The translations under genes and the position numbers were made by a program. Shown in pieces: positions 13,601 through 23,284 of a stretch of 64,000 nucleotides of DNA. This DNA comes from an uncultured bacterium (lineage in GTDB: Bacteria; Patescibacteriota; Andersenbacteria; UBA10190; CAIZMI01): contig CAIZMI010000015.1 of the NCBI GenBank assembly GCA_903934015.1, positions 424 to 64,423 on the forward strand, in the 5' to 3' direction. How positions within the stretch are numbered: the first letter of the stretch is position 1; each line of letters begins with the position of its first letter. The notes beneath the pieces were generated by a model. That model was not told where the DNA came from, did no database searches, and saw nothing but the letters and a program-made list of their open reading frames with translations.

Positions 13601-14368
13601 ATGTCGGACGAGAACAAATTTGCCGAAATCGAACGGCTTTTTAACGAAAAAGATTATGCCGGCGCTTTGTCACAGTTGGAAGTGCTGATGGCCGGTGGTC
13701 AAAATCCAATAAGTGAAGCGCTTGGTTGGGCAGCCTGGTGTCATTATCGACTCGGTCGTTTTACCGAAGCGATGAAAAACGCCGTAGCGGCGGGTGAAGA
13801 CCAGTGGGCATTGTTGTGTAAGTTGTACCTACTGGCGGATTATCGGTATGAATTGTCCGGTAGGGTGTTATGTAGTAATGAATCGGGAAGAATCATTGAC
13901 CGGTTGGCAGTTGCGCGCGCGTTTGTCGATTTTGCGGGTGATCAAAATTACCATTTTTGGAGAAACTATGATCCGATGTTGAATACCCTTCAGGCTATCA
14001 TTGGGCAGGAAGGGGTGGAGGTCGCCAATTTGTTCCGTGACGCGGCGCAGGTTTACATCGGTGACCCGCTGGGTCTTGAAAATGTCGCTATGGCATTGGG
14101 ACTTCTGGAGGTGGCGATGAGTAGGTACAAAATTGATTGTGATGGGAAGGGTAGCCATCACCTAGCCAATCTGTACCGCACGAAATCGGGGATTTTTGAG
14201 AAATTGGGCGATATTCGTGTGGCAGAAGAATGCGCTATTCAAGAAACTGCAGAATGGACCAAGGTCTTGTCTTTGGGCGGGCCGGATGCGGTTTTGGTCA
14301 AATTGAAACGTGATGAGGCTTGGGAAAACTTCGCCAGGCTCAGGAGAACGTCGTCGGTTCCCGCATGA
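13601..14368 (+). CDS. Hypothetical protein, tandem paralog B
   Basis: Start at MSDENKFAEIERL, with SD ggaga upstream. Homologous to 12582..13343 along its whole length (conserved W..W..C..YRLG, ALLCK.Y.LAD.RYE, ARAF.DFA.D, GVEV..LFRDA). A terminator follows at 14381..14410. Confidence 0.65.
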   Translation: MSDENKFAEIERLFNEKDYAGALSQLEVLMAGGQNPISEALGWAAWCHYRLGRFTEAMKNAVAAGEDQWALLCKLYLLADYRYELSGRVLCSNESGRIIDRLAVARAFVDFAGDQNYHFWRNYDPMLNTLQAIIGQEGVEVANLFRDAAQVYIGDPLGLENVAMALGLLEVAMSRYKIDCDGKGSHHLANLYRTKSGIFEKLGDIRVAEECAIQETAEWTKVLSLGGPDAVLVKLKRDEAWENFARLRRTSSVPA

Positions 14369-14380
14369 GGTATTAGTTGT

Positions 14381-14410
14381 AACCGCCAGACGCACTGGTG
14401 GTTTTTTTAT
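14381..14410 (+). terminator. Rho-independent terminator
   Basis: accgccagacgcactggtgg followed by tttttttat. Confidence 0.5.
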
Positions 14411-14584
14411 TTTCGCGAGTACGCGAAAACAATCCCCCATAGCTTTAGCGAAGGAAGGATGCATGCAATTTTAGAGATGATCCTTTAAGTAATCGCGAAA
14501 TAACCGCGTGGGACGTGAGTGCGAAAAACTTATACGTCCTTTATGCGGTTGTTTTTATTCTGACCATGGTCGGACCCTGGTCTA

Positions 14585-15589
14585 TTACCAAGATTTTACC
14601 AATTCAATCGCTTCTTCTTCATTTTCAATCCAGACAATGTTGGGTTCTTTCTTGAGCCAAGTTAATTGTCGTCTTGAGTATTGCCAGTTGGCATTGATAA
14701 CTTTTTGTCTTCCTGCTTCCAACGATTCTTCGCCACGCAGAAATGGAAAAAGTTCGCGGTAGGCGATTGCTTGAAGGCCCGGCGCCTGCTCGCCGTATTG
14801 TTTTATCAGGGTTCTTATTTCTTCTACGAGTCCTAATTCGAGTTGTTTGTCGACGCGCTGAGTGATGAGGTCGCGCAAATTTTCGGGTTGGCGATGGATG
14901 GCGATTTTGAGAATATTAAAATCAGGCGTTGGTGGTAATGCGGTCTCGTGTAGGGGAAATTCATGAATTGCCCCAGCGGACGCGGAACTCGGGAGATTGC
15001 TTCGGCTCGCCTGCGGGCGGCCTCGCAAAGACGACGCATAGTTTGCTATCTCTAAAGCTCGAATTACTCGTCTTGGATTTTTTAAATCAATACGCTCGGC
15101 CAATATCGGATCTTTTTGAAGTAAATCATTCGCCAGATTTTCCACTGGTTGTTTGTTTGCCCATTCTCTAAAAACAAAATCCGGCGGTACTGATGCAAAG
15201 TTCTTCTTCTCGGTAAGTGCGCGAATATAAAAACCCGTTCCACCGATTACAATCGGTAGGTGGTTGTTCTCATGAATTTTCGCGATCACTTTTGTTGCAT
15301 CGTTTACAAAATCCGCTGCCGAATATGGTTGGTTTGGTGTAATTGTATCGATAAGGTAGTGGGGCATTGAATTGTATTCAATCGGTTCAAGTGGCGAACT
15401 GGCAATTTTTCCCCGTGAAACAATTTTGTCCGTGCCAATATTCATGCCAAAATAAACCTGACGCGAGTCGGCAGAAATAATTTCTCCCTGGAATTGCTCG
15501 GCCAACACTAAAGACAATTGGGTCTTGCCTGATGCGGTTGGGCCCATGATTGTTAGGAGTGGTTTTGGGGCTGGTTGATATGTATTCAT
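14585..15589 (-). CDS. miaA: tRNA dimethylallyltransferase (i6A37 synthase), with a ~20-aa S/R/A-rich insertion encoded by a repeat-like segment
   Basis: P-loop MGPTASGKTQLS and SADSRQVYFGMNIGTDK. The segment SSLRGRPQASRSNLPSSASAG at 14993..15037 matches the GC-rich R1 repeat family. Confidence 0.85.
   Translation of the reverse strand: MNTYQPAPKPLLTIMGPTASGKTQLSLVLAEQFQGEIISADSRQVYFGMNIGTDKIVSRGKIASSPLEPIEYNSMPHYLIDTITPNQPYSAADFVNDATKVIAKIHENNHLPIVIGGTGFYIRALTEKKNFASVPPDFVFREWANKQPVENLANDLLQKDPILAERIDLKNPRRVIRALEIANYASSLRGRPQASRSNLPSSASAGAIHEFPLHETALPPTPDFNILKIAIHRQPENLRDLITQRVDKQLELGLVEEIRTLIKQYGEQAPGLQAIAYRELFPFLRGEESLEAGRQKVINANWQYSRRQLTWLKKEPNIVWIENEEEAIELVKSW
14993..15037 (-). repeat. 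Short-form copy of the cgtcgtctttgcgagg...gccgaagcaatctc repeat (R1), located in-frame inside the miaA coding sequence
   Basis: The reverse complement, gcgtcgtctttgcgaggccgcccgcaggcgagccgaagcaatctccc, matches the termini of R1 copies at 22491, 24276, 29552 and 35704. Confidence 0.55.
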
Positions 15590-15752
15590 GCAGATGATTC
15601 GTATCGTATCCTCCCTTTATTCAAAGGGAGGCGGGGAGGGATTAGTTTGGTTGAGTACAATATGCAGAATCCACTCTCGCCCTCCTTTGAAAAAAGGAGG
15701 GAATACCTCGTTCGTATCTATATAAAGTAATCGATGTGATAGAATAAGCAAT

Positions 15753-16313
15753 ATGAAGCTAATTCGTCTGATTATTTCATTGGTGGTCCTGTTTTTGTTA
15801 GTCTGGGTCATGTTGATCTGGGGATTGCCTATGATTGTGACGAATAGTCCAATTTTTTGTGAGCGATGGAAATTGACAACCGGTATTTGTGCACCGGATG
15901 CGTTAAATAAGGTGCAGGGAATCAGCAATTGGACAAAAAAGAATGTTCCGTTATCGACGGATAATTTTGCCGGTAAGATATTAAGTGACGCCTATGTGGG
16001 GTTGAATGTGTTAGAAAATTCTGCTCGCGACAAACTTGGAAATGACAAGGTTAATTTGGCCTTGGATAATGTTGATAAGGGGATTAAAAGCACCGAAACA
16101 ATTTTATCCAAACAAGGATTCGGCAGTAAACTGCAGGATATCCCGGAAAATGCTCAATACGTTTTACAACAAGCGCGGACTGCTTTGGAACAACTTCGGA
16201 ATGTTTTTGATAAAACACAACGTCGCACCGAAGATGTGACAAATGCGGTGAATAACACCAAGAAAGCGCTAGATGCTTTGTCGAGTGTTTTGCCGAGCGC
16301 GACACCGAAATAG
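15753..16313 (+). CDS. Hypothetical membrane protein
   Basis: N-terminal TM (LIRLIISLVVLFLLVWVMLIWGL) followed by a hydrophilic domain. No family recognised. Confidence 0.5.
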   Translation: MKLIRLIISLVVLFLLVWVMLIWGLPMIVTNSPIFCERWKLTTGICAPDALNKVQGISNWTKKNVPLSTDNFAGKILSDAYVGLNVLENSARDKLGNDKVNLALDNVDKGIKSTETILSKQGFGSKLQDIPENAQYVLQQARTALEQLRNVFDKTQRRTEDVTNAVNNTKKALDALSSVLPSATPK

Positions 16314-16383
16314 TATGTTGTATGCGGTATTTAGTATGCTGTATTCGTGACGCGATACAACATACAGCATACAAAAAGGTTAT

Positions 16384-18141
16384 TTATTCGAAAGAAATCT
16401 TTTTTTCGTCAATAGCTTTTTTGAGTAGTTCAATAGTCTGGTCTATCGTCAACACTCCACCGTCTTTTTTGCCGTGCATGCGCAAGGCAATGGTTTTGGC
16501 TTGCATTTCGCGATCACCAACAACAGCAATGACTGGAATTTTCTTTATTTCGTTGTCGCGAATTTTTTTGCCAATCTTTTCGTTGCGTTCATCGACTTGA
16601 GCGCGAATGCCGACTTTCTTTAATTCAACGGCAACTTGTTTGGCATAATCCAGTTGTGCTTCACCGATTGGGAGAACGGAAACTTGTACCGGGGCGAGCC
16701 ATAGCGGGAAGTGGCCAGCCATATGTTCGATTAAAATTGAGAGAAATCGTTCAATGGAACCCATAATTGCGGCGTGAATCATGACGATGCGTTCTTCTTT
16801 GCCTTCTTCATTGTGACAAAAAAGATTAAAGCGTTCCGGCATGTTGAGATCAAGCTGGATTGTTGCCACTTGCCACTGACGTCCAAGAGAATCTTGGGCC
16901 ATAAAGTCTAATTTGGGTCCATAGAAAGCGGCTTCGCCCAAACCTTCAAACCAGTCAACGTTTTTCTCGGTAACAATCTCACGCAAAACAGTTTCGGCGT
17001 ACTCCCAGCGCTTGGCATCGCCAAGATATTTTTCAGGTTGTTTTGGGTCGTGAATAGAGAGTCTTACTTTTAAGTTAAATCCGAAAACTCCATAGAATTC
17101 ATGTACGATATCCCAAATTTTGAGAAATTCTTCTTTTGCTTGGGTTGGGCGACAGAAAACGTGCGCATCATCTTGTGTAAAACTGCGGGCACGCGAAAGT
17201 CCTGAAAGTTCGCCGGATTGTTCGTCGCGGTAGCACATCGTGGAATTGGCGTAGCGTTGTGGCAGTTCACGATAGCTCCACGCTTTACGGGCGTAGATTT
17301 GCGTATGGTGTGGGCAGTTCATTGGTTTCATTGCGAATTCATGGCCCTCGCGCGTGGTGATGCGGAATAGTTCATCTTTAAATTTGTCCCAATGACCACT
17401 GACTTCGTATAGTTCCTTCTTGGTGATGTGGGGAATTTCCACTTTTTCGTAACCGCGTGCGTCACGCAGTTCCCACACAAAATTGTCGAGTAATGTGCGA
17501 AGCATCATGCCGTTTGGTGTCCAGAGGGGAAGACCACTGCCAACCAAGTCGGAAAAAACAAACAGGTCCAGTTCACGACCGAGCTTTTTGTGGTCACGTT
17601 TTTCTGCTTCTACGAGCATTGTTATGTAAGCTTCCAATTCTTCTTTTGTTGCGAAAGCCACACCGTAAATACGGGTCAACATTTTATTCTTTTCATCTCC
17701 ACGCCAGTACGCACCGGCAACCTTAATCAGTTTGAAAGCGTCGGGATTAATTTCTTTAGTATTTTTTACGTGCGGGCCACCACAAAGATTATCGAACGAG
17801 CCAGAGAGATAGAAACTAACATTTTTTTCACCTTTCGTTCTTAATCCTTCGATTAGTTCTGTCTTGTACGGATCATTTTTGTAGGCTTTTAGTGCTTCAT
17901 CGAACTCGACGTTGTGTTGCTTAAATTCGATTTCTTCGGCAATCATCTCCCGCATTCTTTTTTCTAACTTTAGGAATAGATCTTGATTGATTGTTTCGGG
18001 TAGATCGTAATCTTGGTAAAAACCGTTTTCGATCACTGGACCAACACCCAATCCGGCTGTGGGGTAAAGCTCGGTTATTGCCATACTCATTAAATGAGAT
18101 AAAGAGTGGCGAATTGGTTCGATTGGAGTTTCGTTTGACAT
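16384..18141 (-). CDS. thrS: Threonine--tRNA ligase
   Basis: Class II aaRS core plus a C-terminal anticodon-binding domain, 585 aa. Conserved ThrRS motifs are present (e.g. HRAIMGSIERFLSILIEH). Confidence 0.9.
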   Translation of the reverse strand: MSNETPIEPIRHSLSHLMSMAITELYPTAGLGVGPVIENGFYQDYDLPETINQDLFLKLEKRMREMIAEEIEFKQHNVEFDEALKAYKNDPYKTELIEGLRTKGEKNVSFYLSGSFDNLCGGPHVKNTKEINPDAFKLIKVAGAYWRGDEKNKMLTRIYGVAFATKEELEAYITMLVEAEKRDHKKLGRELDLFVFSDLVGSGLPLWTPNGMMLRTLLDNFVWELRDARGYEKVEIPHITKKELYEVSGHWDKFKDELFRITTREGHEFAMKPMNCPHHTQIYARKAWSYRELPQRYANSTMCYRDEQSGELSGLSRARSFTQDDAHVFCRPTQAKEEFLKIWDIVHEFYGVFGFNLKVRLSIHDPKQPEKYLGDAKRWEYAETVLREIVTEKNVDWFEGLGEAAFYGPKLDFMAQDSLGRQWQVATIQLDLNMPERFNLFCHNEEGKEERIVMIHAAIMGSIERFLSILIEHMAGHFPLWLAPVQVSVLPIGEAQLDYAKQVAVELKKVGIRAQVDERNEKIGKKIRDNEIKKIPVIAVVGDREMQAKTIALRMHGKKDGGVLTIDQTIELLKKAIDEKKISFE

Positions 18142-18177
18142 GTAAAGACTATAGCAAGTGGGAGGCGATTAGAAAAG

Positions 18178-18240
18178 GACTTTAAGGAGTATCCCTAAAG
18201 TTGCAACTTTAGGGATACTCCTTAAAGTGGCTTAAAGTGG
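18178..18240. repeat. Palindromic element R3: gactttaagg-[stem]-ctaaag..ctttag-[stem']-ccttaaagtgRcttaaag
   Basis: Perfect ~21-bp stem taaggagtatccctaaag/ctttagggatactcctta, upstream of thrS. A related copy at 28392..28455 has a different but compensating inner stem (gtcacccc/ggggtgac). A partial copy at 18818..18836 overlaps the dnaE stop. Confidence 0.75.
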
Positions 18241-18309
18241 ACAAAATAAGTAACAAGGTGTAAAAAACGAGGTGGCGTTGGTTCGTTATTAATTTCTGCG
18301 GGGTGAAAT

Positions 18310-18678
18310 ATGTCAGAATCACAAGAAGAGTCCGGTTTTTGCCTAGACGGCCTAGACGGCCTTGGGCGCAGACGGCGAAGAGATCTTGTATGTGGTCGGG
18401 GAATAGGGGTTCTTCCGCCGGCAGTTGCGAGCGAAGAAGGAAGTGATGTTTCAGGAGCAACCAGGAGTTCATTTGCCGTAGAGATGCGCGGGCTGACATT
18501 GGTTTTTCATGCCTGCATTACGGTCGTTTTGTTGACCTGGGCTATTATCACTTTGGTCGGTGATTACGAAACAGTCTCTAAGGCATTCGCCTGTTTTGTG
18601 GTTTTGTGTGCTATGCCGGTACAACTGTTGACAGCGTATGTGTTGTGTCGCTTGCCGGTTTCTGGGTCGAAAAAATAG
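18310..18678 (+). CDS. Hypothetical small membrane protein (start uncertain)
   Basis: The C-terminal half has two hydrophobic helices. The N-terminal half is GC-rich with a tandem cctagacgg x2. An internal start at MRGLTLVF (18484) is possible. A palindromic terminator region follows. Confidence 0.3.
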   Translation: MSESQEESGFCLDGLDGLGRRRRRDLVCGRGIGVLPPAVASEEGSDVSGATRSSFAVEMRGLTLVFHACITVVLLTWAIITLVGDYETVSKAFACFVVLCAMPVQLLTAYVLCRLPVSGSKK

Positions 18679-18679
18679 T

Positions 18680-18742
18680 TACCGTTCGTCGTCTGACGCG
18701 CGGTTTTTTTATTTTATTTTGTTATCAAACAAAATAAAATAA
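18680..18742. terminator. Bidirectional terminator region between convergent genes
   Basis: Hairpin + T-run (cgcgcggttttttt) followed by the perfect palindrome ttattttattttgttatcaaacaaaataaaataa. Confidence 0.5.
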
Positions 18743-18827
18743 CCCTGAGCGACAAGCCCAACTGGGCGAGGAGTCGAAGGGTGTATCAGTCATGGGCGAG
18801 CCTTGCTCTTTACTTCAGGGGTGACCC

Positions 18828-21800
18828 TTAAAGTTCTTCCACTGCCGGTTCAAACTTGTGTTGAATTACCGGTTTTGCTTCCTCTACTTTTATGCAGTTC
18901 GGTCCTAAAATATTTCCAAATAGGTTTTGGAGAAATGGGGTATAAGTAATCAGATAGGATGTTTTTAACAAATCTTTTTGGTTTTCTTTTTGGATTTCCA
19001 AGAAGACAGCAGTGCGACCTTTGCCGACTTTTTCCAGAATGGCTTTTAAGTCCATGAAAGTGCGTTTTGTCGCACTGACCGGAACACTGATAGTGATGCT
19101 GATTGGTGGCTTTTCATCAAACACAGCTTTGTTTTTGAGAGGCTTTGGAGGATTGGCCGGGTCGTATTCGACGGCTGAATCAGCCAAAATTTTTGGTACG
19201 CCGTCTTTGTCGCTGACACGACCCTCAATAATCAAAACTTTATCTTCCAACCAAAGATCTTGTGATGTTTCTAATAGTTTTGCAAACACTAAAACTTCCA
19301 GTGAACCGGAACGGTCTTCGACGGTGGCAAAAGCCATGGCTTTTTGGGTGCGGGTGATGATTTTTTTAATGGTTGTAATAATTCCGCCAATCTTCACTTT
19401 TTCGTTTGAATTATGAATAGTTATGTCGGCAATTTGTGTAGTGGCCTCCGCAAGAGCCGGGGCAATATCCATTAACGGGTGACCGGAAATAAATAATCCC
19501 AATAATTCTTTTTCCCAACTAAGTCGTTGTTTTTGCGTGGCCGGTTCGACAGATTTAAGAGTAACTTTTGGTCTGGCCACTTCGGCTGGCATCATCCCAA
19601 AGAGGTTAGCTTGGTTGGTTAAAAGTTGTTTTCCAATATCGCGGTTGAAATTCAAAAGGGTGTCGGTATTTTCCAGAATTTGATTGCGTTCGGCGAGCGT
19701 GTCGAAGGCTCCGGCTTTGGCTAAGCTTTCCACCGACTTTTTATTAAGATCACGCGAATGCACTCGCGAAAAGAAATCGATTAGATCTTTGAACGGTCCT
19801 GCCTTTTCACGTTCGGCAATAATTGCTTCAACAATGTGTTCGCCGACATTTTTAACTGTGTGCAGTCCAAAACGAATTTCATCTTTTGGAATTTGATCAT
19901 TTGCTTTTAAAACCGTAAAACCTTTATGTGAAAAATTTACATCCGGCGGTAATACGGGAATTTCCATCCGCTTACACTCATTGATAATAATCGCGATCTT
20001 TTCTATATCACCGGATTCGGCGGAAAGTACGGCACACATGTATTCAGCAGGGAAGTTGGCTTTCATGTAAGCTGTTTGGAACGCGACGCGTCCATAGCAA
20101 GCGGCATGGGCCTTGTTAAAACCGTAACCTTGAAACGGTTCGAATAAATTCCAAATTGCTTCGGCTTGGTCTTTCGTTAAATTGCTGTTTTTTTGACAAC
20201 CTTCAACGAAGATTATGTGTTGTTTTGCCATTTCGGCCGGAATCTTTTTTCCGATGGCTTTTCTGAATTTATCGACCGTCTCCCAGTTGTAGCCGGCCAG
20301 TTCCAAGGCGGTGAACATTAAATCGTCCTGATAAACCAAAATGCCATAAGATTTGGCCAAGAAATTTTGCGCTTTCGGGTGGAAATATTTGATTGGGCTA
20401 CGGCCTTGTTTTCGCGCAATGTATTCCGGGATGTTATTCATTGGGCCCGGACGGTAGAGTGCCACCATGGCGTTGATGTCGTGGATTGTTGATGGTTTCA
20501 GGTCCATTAAATGTTTTGTCATACCCTCGCCGTTAAGTTGAAACAATCCTTCCGTTTCGCCTTTTGCTAGCATTTCAAAAGTTTTTTTATCGTCGAAGGG
20601 GATGCGTTCGATATCTATTTTAATATTGTGGTGCTGTTTTACTAACCGCACGGCGTCTTCCAGGATTGCCAAGTTGCGAATACCCAAGAAGTCGAGCTTG
20701 GTTAAGCCCACTCCGTCTTCGCCAACGGTGTACATGTCATATTGCGTAATGCGTCGATCACCGTCTTTCGGATCAAGTTGGATCGGGACATATTCGACCA
20801 AGGGCCTTGGGGCGATGACGACGCCGGCGGCATGTACGGAAACGTGGCGCATTGTACCTTCAAGTTTGCGGGAAATATCCAAAATGTGTTTGATTTCCGG
20901 ATCGTTGTCGTAAAGTTTCTTTAGTTCCGGTTCGATTTCCATGGCGTGATCGATCGTCATTGGGAAACCCTGTGAACCCATTGGAATAAGTTTTGCTACG
21001 CGGTCACCCAGTTCGTAAGGTTTATTTAGGGCTCTGGCCACATCACGCACCGCGCCACGGGCCATCATTGTTCCGAATGTTCCAATTTGGGCCACTTTGT
21101 CGTCGCCGTATTTTTGTTTGGCATATTCAATTACTTCGCCTCTTCGGTTATCCGCAAAATCCATATCGATATCGGGCGCGGATGGGCGGAAAGGGTTTAA
21201 GAAACGTTCAAAGGGGAGTTGAAATTCAATTGGGTTAACATTTGTAATTCCAGAAAGATAGGCAACCAGTGATCCGGCAGCCGAGCCACGAACCGTTGTG
21301 TAAATATCCGATTTGCGCGCGAAACGCAGTAAGTCGGCAACCACCAAAAAATAAGGGGCGTAGTTTTTTTGTTTAATGACATCTAGTTCGTATTTGCGTC
21401 TTTCATCTGTTGCGGTGTCATTGGTTAAACCGTGAAAAGTCATCCCTTTTTGTGTTAATTCATCAAGCATTTGGTCAGCCGTTTTTCCTTCTTCCAGTGC
21501 AAAGTCTGGGAAAATGAATTTTCCAAGGGTTAGTTCAATATTGCAACGATCGGCGATAACTTTTGTGTTGGTAACGGCTTCCGGAATATCAGAAAACCAT
21601 TCCATTGCTTCTTCGGTGGAAATAAAATGGTAATGACCTTTTCCTGCAAAAATTCCCGTATCACCGACATCGGTATTGGTAGAAATGGCGACGAGTGTCT
21701 TGTGTGCTTCGGCGTCATCTGGGCGGAGGTAATGCGAATCTTGCGTGGCAACCAAGGGAATATTTAATTCGCGGGAAAGCTCGATTAACATAAAACGCCA

Positions 21801-22358
21801 TTTTTCAAAATTATCCACATCCGGATGGTGCATAATTTCCAGATAGTAATTTTCGACACCAAAAATTTCTTGATATTCACGGATAACTTGGATTGCCTTT
21901 TCTTTTCCTTCGCCGGTGATAGCGCGTCCTACTTCGCTTCCGATACAACCGGACAAGGCGATAATGCCTTCGTGATTTGCGCGGAGTAATTCTTTGTCGA
22001 CACGGGGTTTGTAGTAATAACCGTCGAGGTGAGCTGTTGTAACCAGCTTAATTAAATTTTTATAACCGGTCATGTCTTTGGCTAAGAGAGTTAGGTGATA
22101 ACGGCGATTATCAATACCTGTTTCTTTTTGCGTGTGACTGCGATTGGCAACGTAGGTTTCGACACCGATAATTGGTTTGATGCCGTTTTTTTTGCAGGTG
22201 GAATAAAAATCGATGATGCCATACATCGCGCCGTGATCGGTAAGACCAATGGCGGACATATTAAGTTCCTTCGCGCGCTTAACCATATCGTCCACCTTAG
22301 AAAGACCATCCAAGAGGGAATAGTGGGAATGAGTGTGTAAATGGATAAACTCTGGCAT
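18828..22358 (-). CDS. dnaE: DNA polymerase III alpha subunit
   Basis: N-terminal PHP domain (MPEFIHLHTHSHYSLLDGLSKVDDMVKRAKELNMSAIGLTDHGAMYG), a Pol IIIA core and an OB fold. 1176 aa. Confidence 0.95.
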   Translation of the reverse strand: MPEFIHLHTHSHYSLLDGLSKVDDMVKRAKELNMSAIGLTDHGAMYGIIDFYSTCKKNGIKPIIGVETYVANRSHTQKETGIDNRRYHLTLLAKDMTGYKNLIKLVTTAHLDGYYYKPRVDKELLRANHEGIIALSGCIGSEVGRAITGEGKEKAIQVIREYQEIFGVENYYLEIMHHPDVDNFEKWRFMLIELSRELNIPLVATQDSHYLRPDDAEAHKTLVAISTNTDVGDTGIFAGKGHYHFISTEEAMEWFSDIPEAVTNTKVIADRCNIELTLGKFIFPDFALEEGKTADQMLDELTQKGMTFHGLTNDTATDERRKYELDVIKQKNYAPYFLVVADLLRFARKSDIYTTVRGSAAGSLVAYLSGITNVNPIEFQLPFERFLNPFRPSAPDIDMDFADNRRGEVIEYAKQKYGDDKVAQIGTFGTMMARGAVRDVARALNKPYELGDRVAKLIPMGSQGFPMTIDHAMEIEPELKKLYDNDPEIKHILDISRKLEGTMRHVSVHAAGVVIAPRPLVEYVPIQLDPKDGDRRITQYDMYTVGEDGVGLTKLDFLGIRNLAILEDAVRLVKQHHNIKIDIERIPFDDKKTFEMLAKGETEGLFQLNGEGMTKHLMDLKPSTIHDINAMVALYRPGPMNNIPEYIARKQGRSPIKYFHPKAQNFLAKSYGILVYQDDLMFTALELAGYNWETVDKFRKAIGKKIPAEMAKQHIIFVEGCQKNSNLTKDQAEAIWNLFEPFQGYGFNKAHAACYGRVAFQTAYMKANFPAEYMCAVLSAESGDIEKIAIIINECKRMEIPVLPPDVNFSHKGFTVLKANDQIPKDEIRFGLHTVKNVGEHIVEAIIAEREKAGPFKDLIDFFSRVHSRDLNKKSVESLAKAGAFDTLAERNQILENTDTLLNFNRDIGKQLLTNQANLFGMMPAEVARPKVTLKSVEPATQKQRLSWEKELLGLFISGHPLMDIAPALAEATTQIADITIHNSNEKVKIGGIITTIKKIITRTQKAMAFATVEDRSGSLEVLVFAKLLETSQDLWLEDKVLIIEGRVSDKDGVPKILADSAVEYDPANPPKPLKNKAVFDEKPPISITISVPVSATKRTFMDLKAILEKVGKGRTAVFLEIQKENQKDLLKTSYLITYTPFLQNLFGNILGPNCIKVEEAKPVIQHKFEPAVEEL

Positions 22359-22490
22359 TTTATTTTTTATTTAACTTGTAGAAAAGGATAGTGAGAGGCT
22401 TGCCCCTCGTAGCTCGCCGAAGCGAGCGAAGTGGTGTGGAGGTGAATAAACTCAGGCATTTTTAGAATCCCCATGAAGAAAAATATTTAA

Positions 22491-22581
22491 CGTCGTCTTT
22501 GCGAGCCATTGACCATTCGTGAGAATGGGCAAGGCGTGGCAATCTCCAGTGTTGAAAGTTGAAGAGATTTCTTCGCCTCGC
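22491..22581. repeat. GC-rich repeat element R1 (long form, copy A)
   Basis: cgtcgtctttgcgagccattgaccattcgtgagaatgggcaaggcgtggcaatctc...gagatttcttcgcctcgc. It contains an internal inverted repeat (ggcaaggcgtggcaatctc / gagattgcttcgcctcgcc). Related copies lie at 24276, 29552, 14993 and 35704. Confidence 0.75.
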
Positions 22582-22657
22582 TTGAAAGCGATGGTTCGCA
22601 ATGACGGAAGTGTTTTCCATGAATTTTCATCTTACCAAGCCCCACTAAATTGCACTA

Positions 22658-22686
22658 TTGACAATTTGGGTGGTTTGGAGCATAAT
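22658..22686 (+). promoter_or_regulatory. Sigma70-like promoter TTGACA-17-CATAAT
   Basis: TTGACA at 22658..22663 and CATAAT at 22681..22686. It lies ~90 nt upstream of the CDS at 22776. Confidence 0.5.
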
Positions 22687-22775
22687 AACATGTTCTTTGT
22701 TAGGTATGTGTCAATTGAACGAGTAACAATTAGTGTCTGTTAATCGTGTCACAACTCTCTGAAGGAGATCTATCG

Positions 22776-23198
22776 ATGGATGTGAAGGCTCTATCGCGAC
22801 GCAAAATGGTTTTTGTTGTTCTTGACGGAAAACAAAGAAAGAGCGTCAAGGTGAGTGGTGAAGACCTGTGCTATCTGACAATCGATGAGGGAGTAATCCT
22901 TTTTTGTGAACAGATCACATCAGCGGACATTTTTCCACCTGGTCGCCTATTTATTCTCGGGAGAGCGGAACATGTTAATGATCGTGTGTTGAATGTTTGT
23001 CCGGTTGTTGACGAAGGACGCTTTCTCTTGGAATTGCGAACCGTTTTGAATCGGGACGATGTCGGTCGAGTACATTTCTTTGGATCTTCCGAGCAAGATC
23101 CCGAGCTATGGGTTGATACGTTTTTCGCCGGTATCGAGCCATCTTGGGAGCAGAAGGTTCGTGCTCGCGAGTCCCGTGTCGCCGGTCGGGTCGACTGA
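22776..23198 (+). CDS. Hypothetical protein
   Basis: SD gaaggaga 7 nt upstream of the ATG. Followed by terminator 23248..23280. The competing antisense ORF 22871..23386 is rejected. Confidence 0.55.
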   Translation: MDVKALSRRKMVFVVLDGKQRKSVKVSGEDLCYLTIDEGVILFCEQITSADIFPPGRLFILGRAEHVNDRVLNVCPVVDEGRFLLELRTVLNRDDVGRVHFFGSSEQDPELWVDTFFAGIEPSWEQKVRARESRVAGRVD

Positions 23199-23247
23199 AT
23201 GATCTGGTGATACAAAATAGAGTTCGCCTTTCTGTAAACTGAATGGT

Positions 23248-23280
23248 CACACCCTGACGGACGTCGAGGGTGTTTTTTTA
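23248..23280 (+). terminator. Rho-independent terminator
   Basis: caccctgacggacgtcgagggtg followed by ttttttta. Confidence 0.65.
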
Positions 23281-23284
23281 TTGG

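Noticed and set aside
18828-22358. Numerous 60-130-aa ORFs antisense to or overlapping dnaE, the MVP gene, thrS, gyrB and others in the six-frame track
   Set aside because: These are shadow ORFs inside long, well-supported genes on the opposite strand or in another frame. They have no independent signals.
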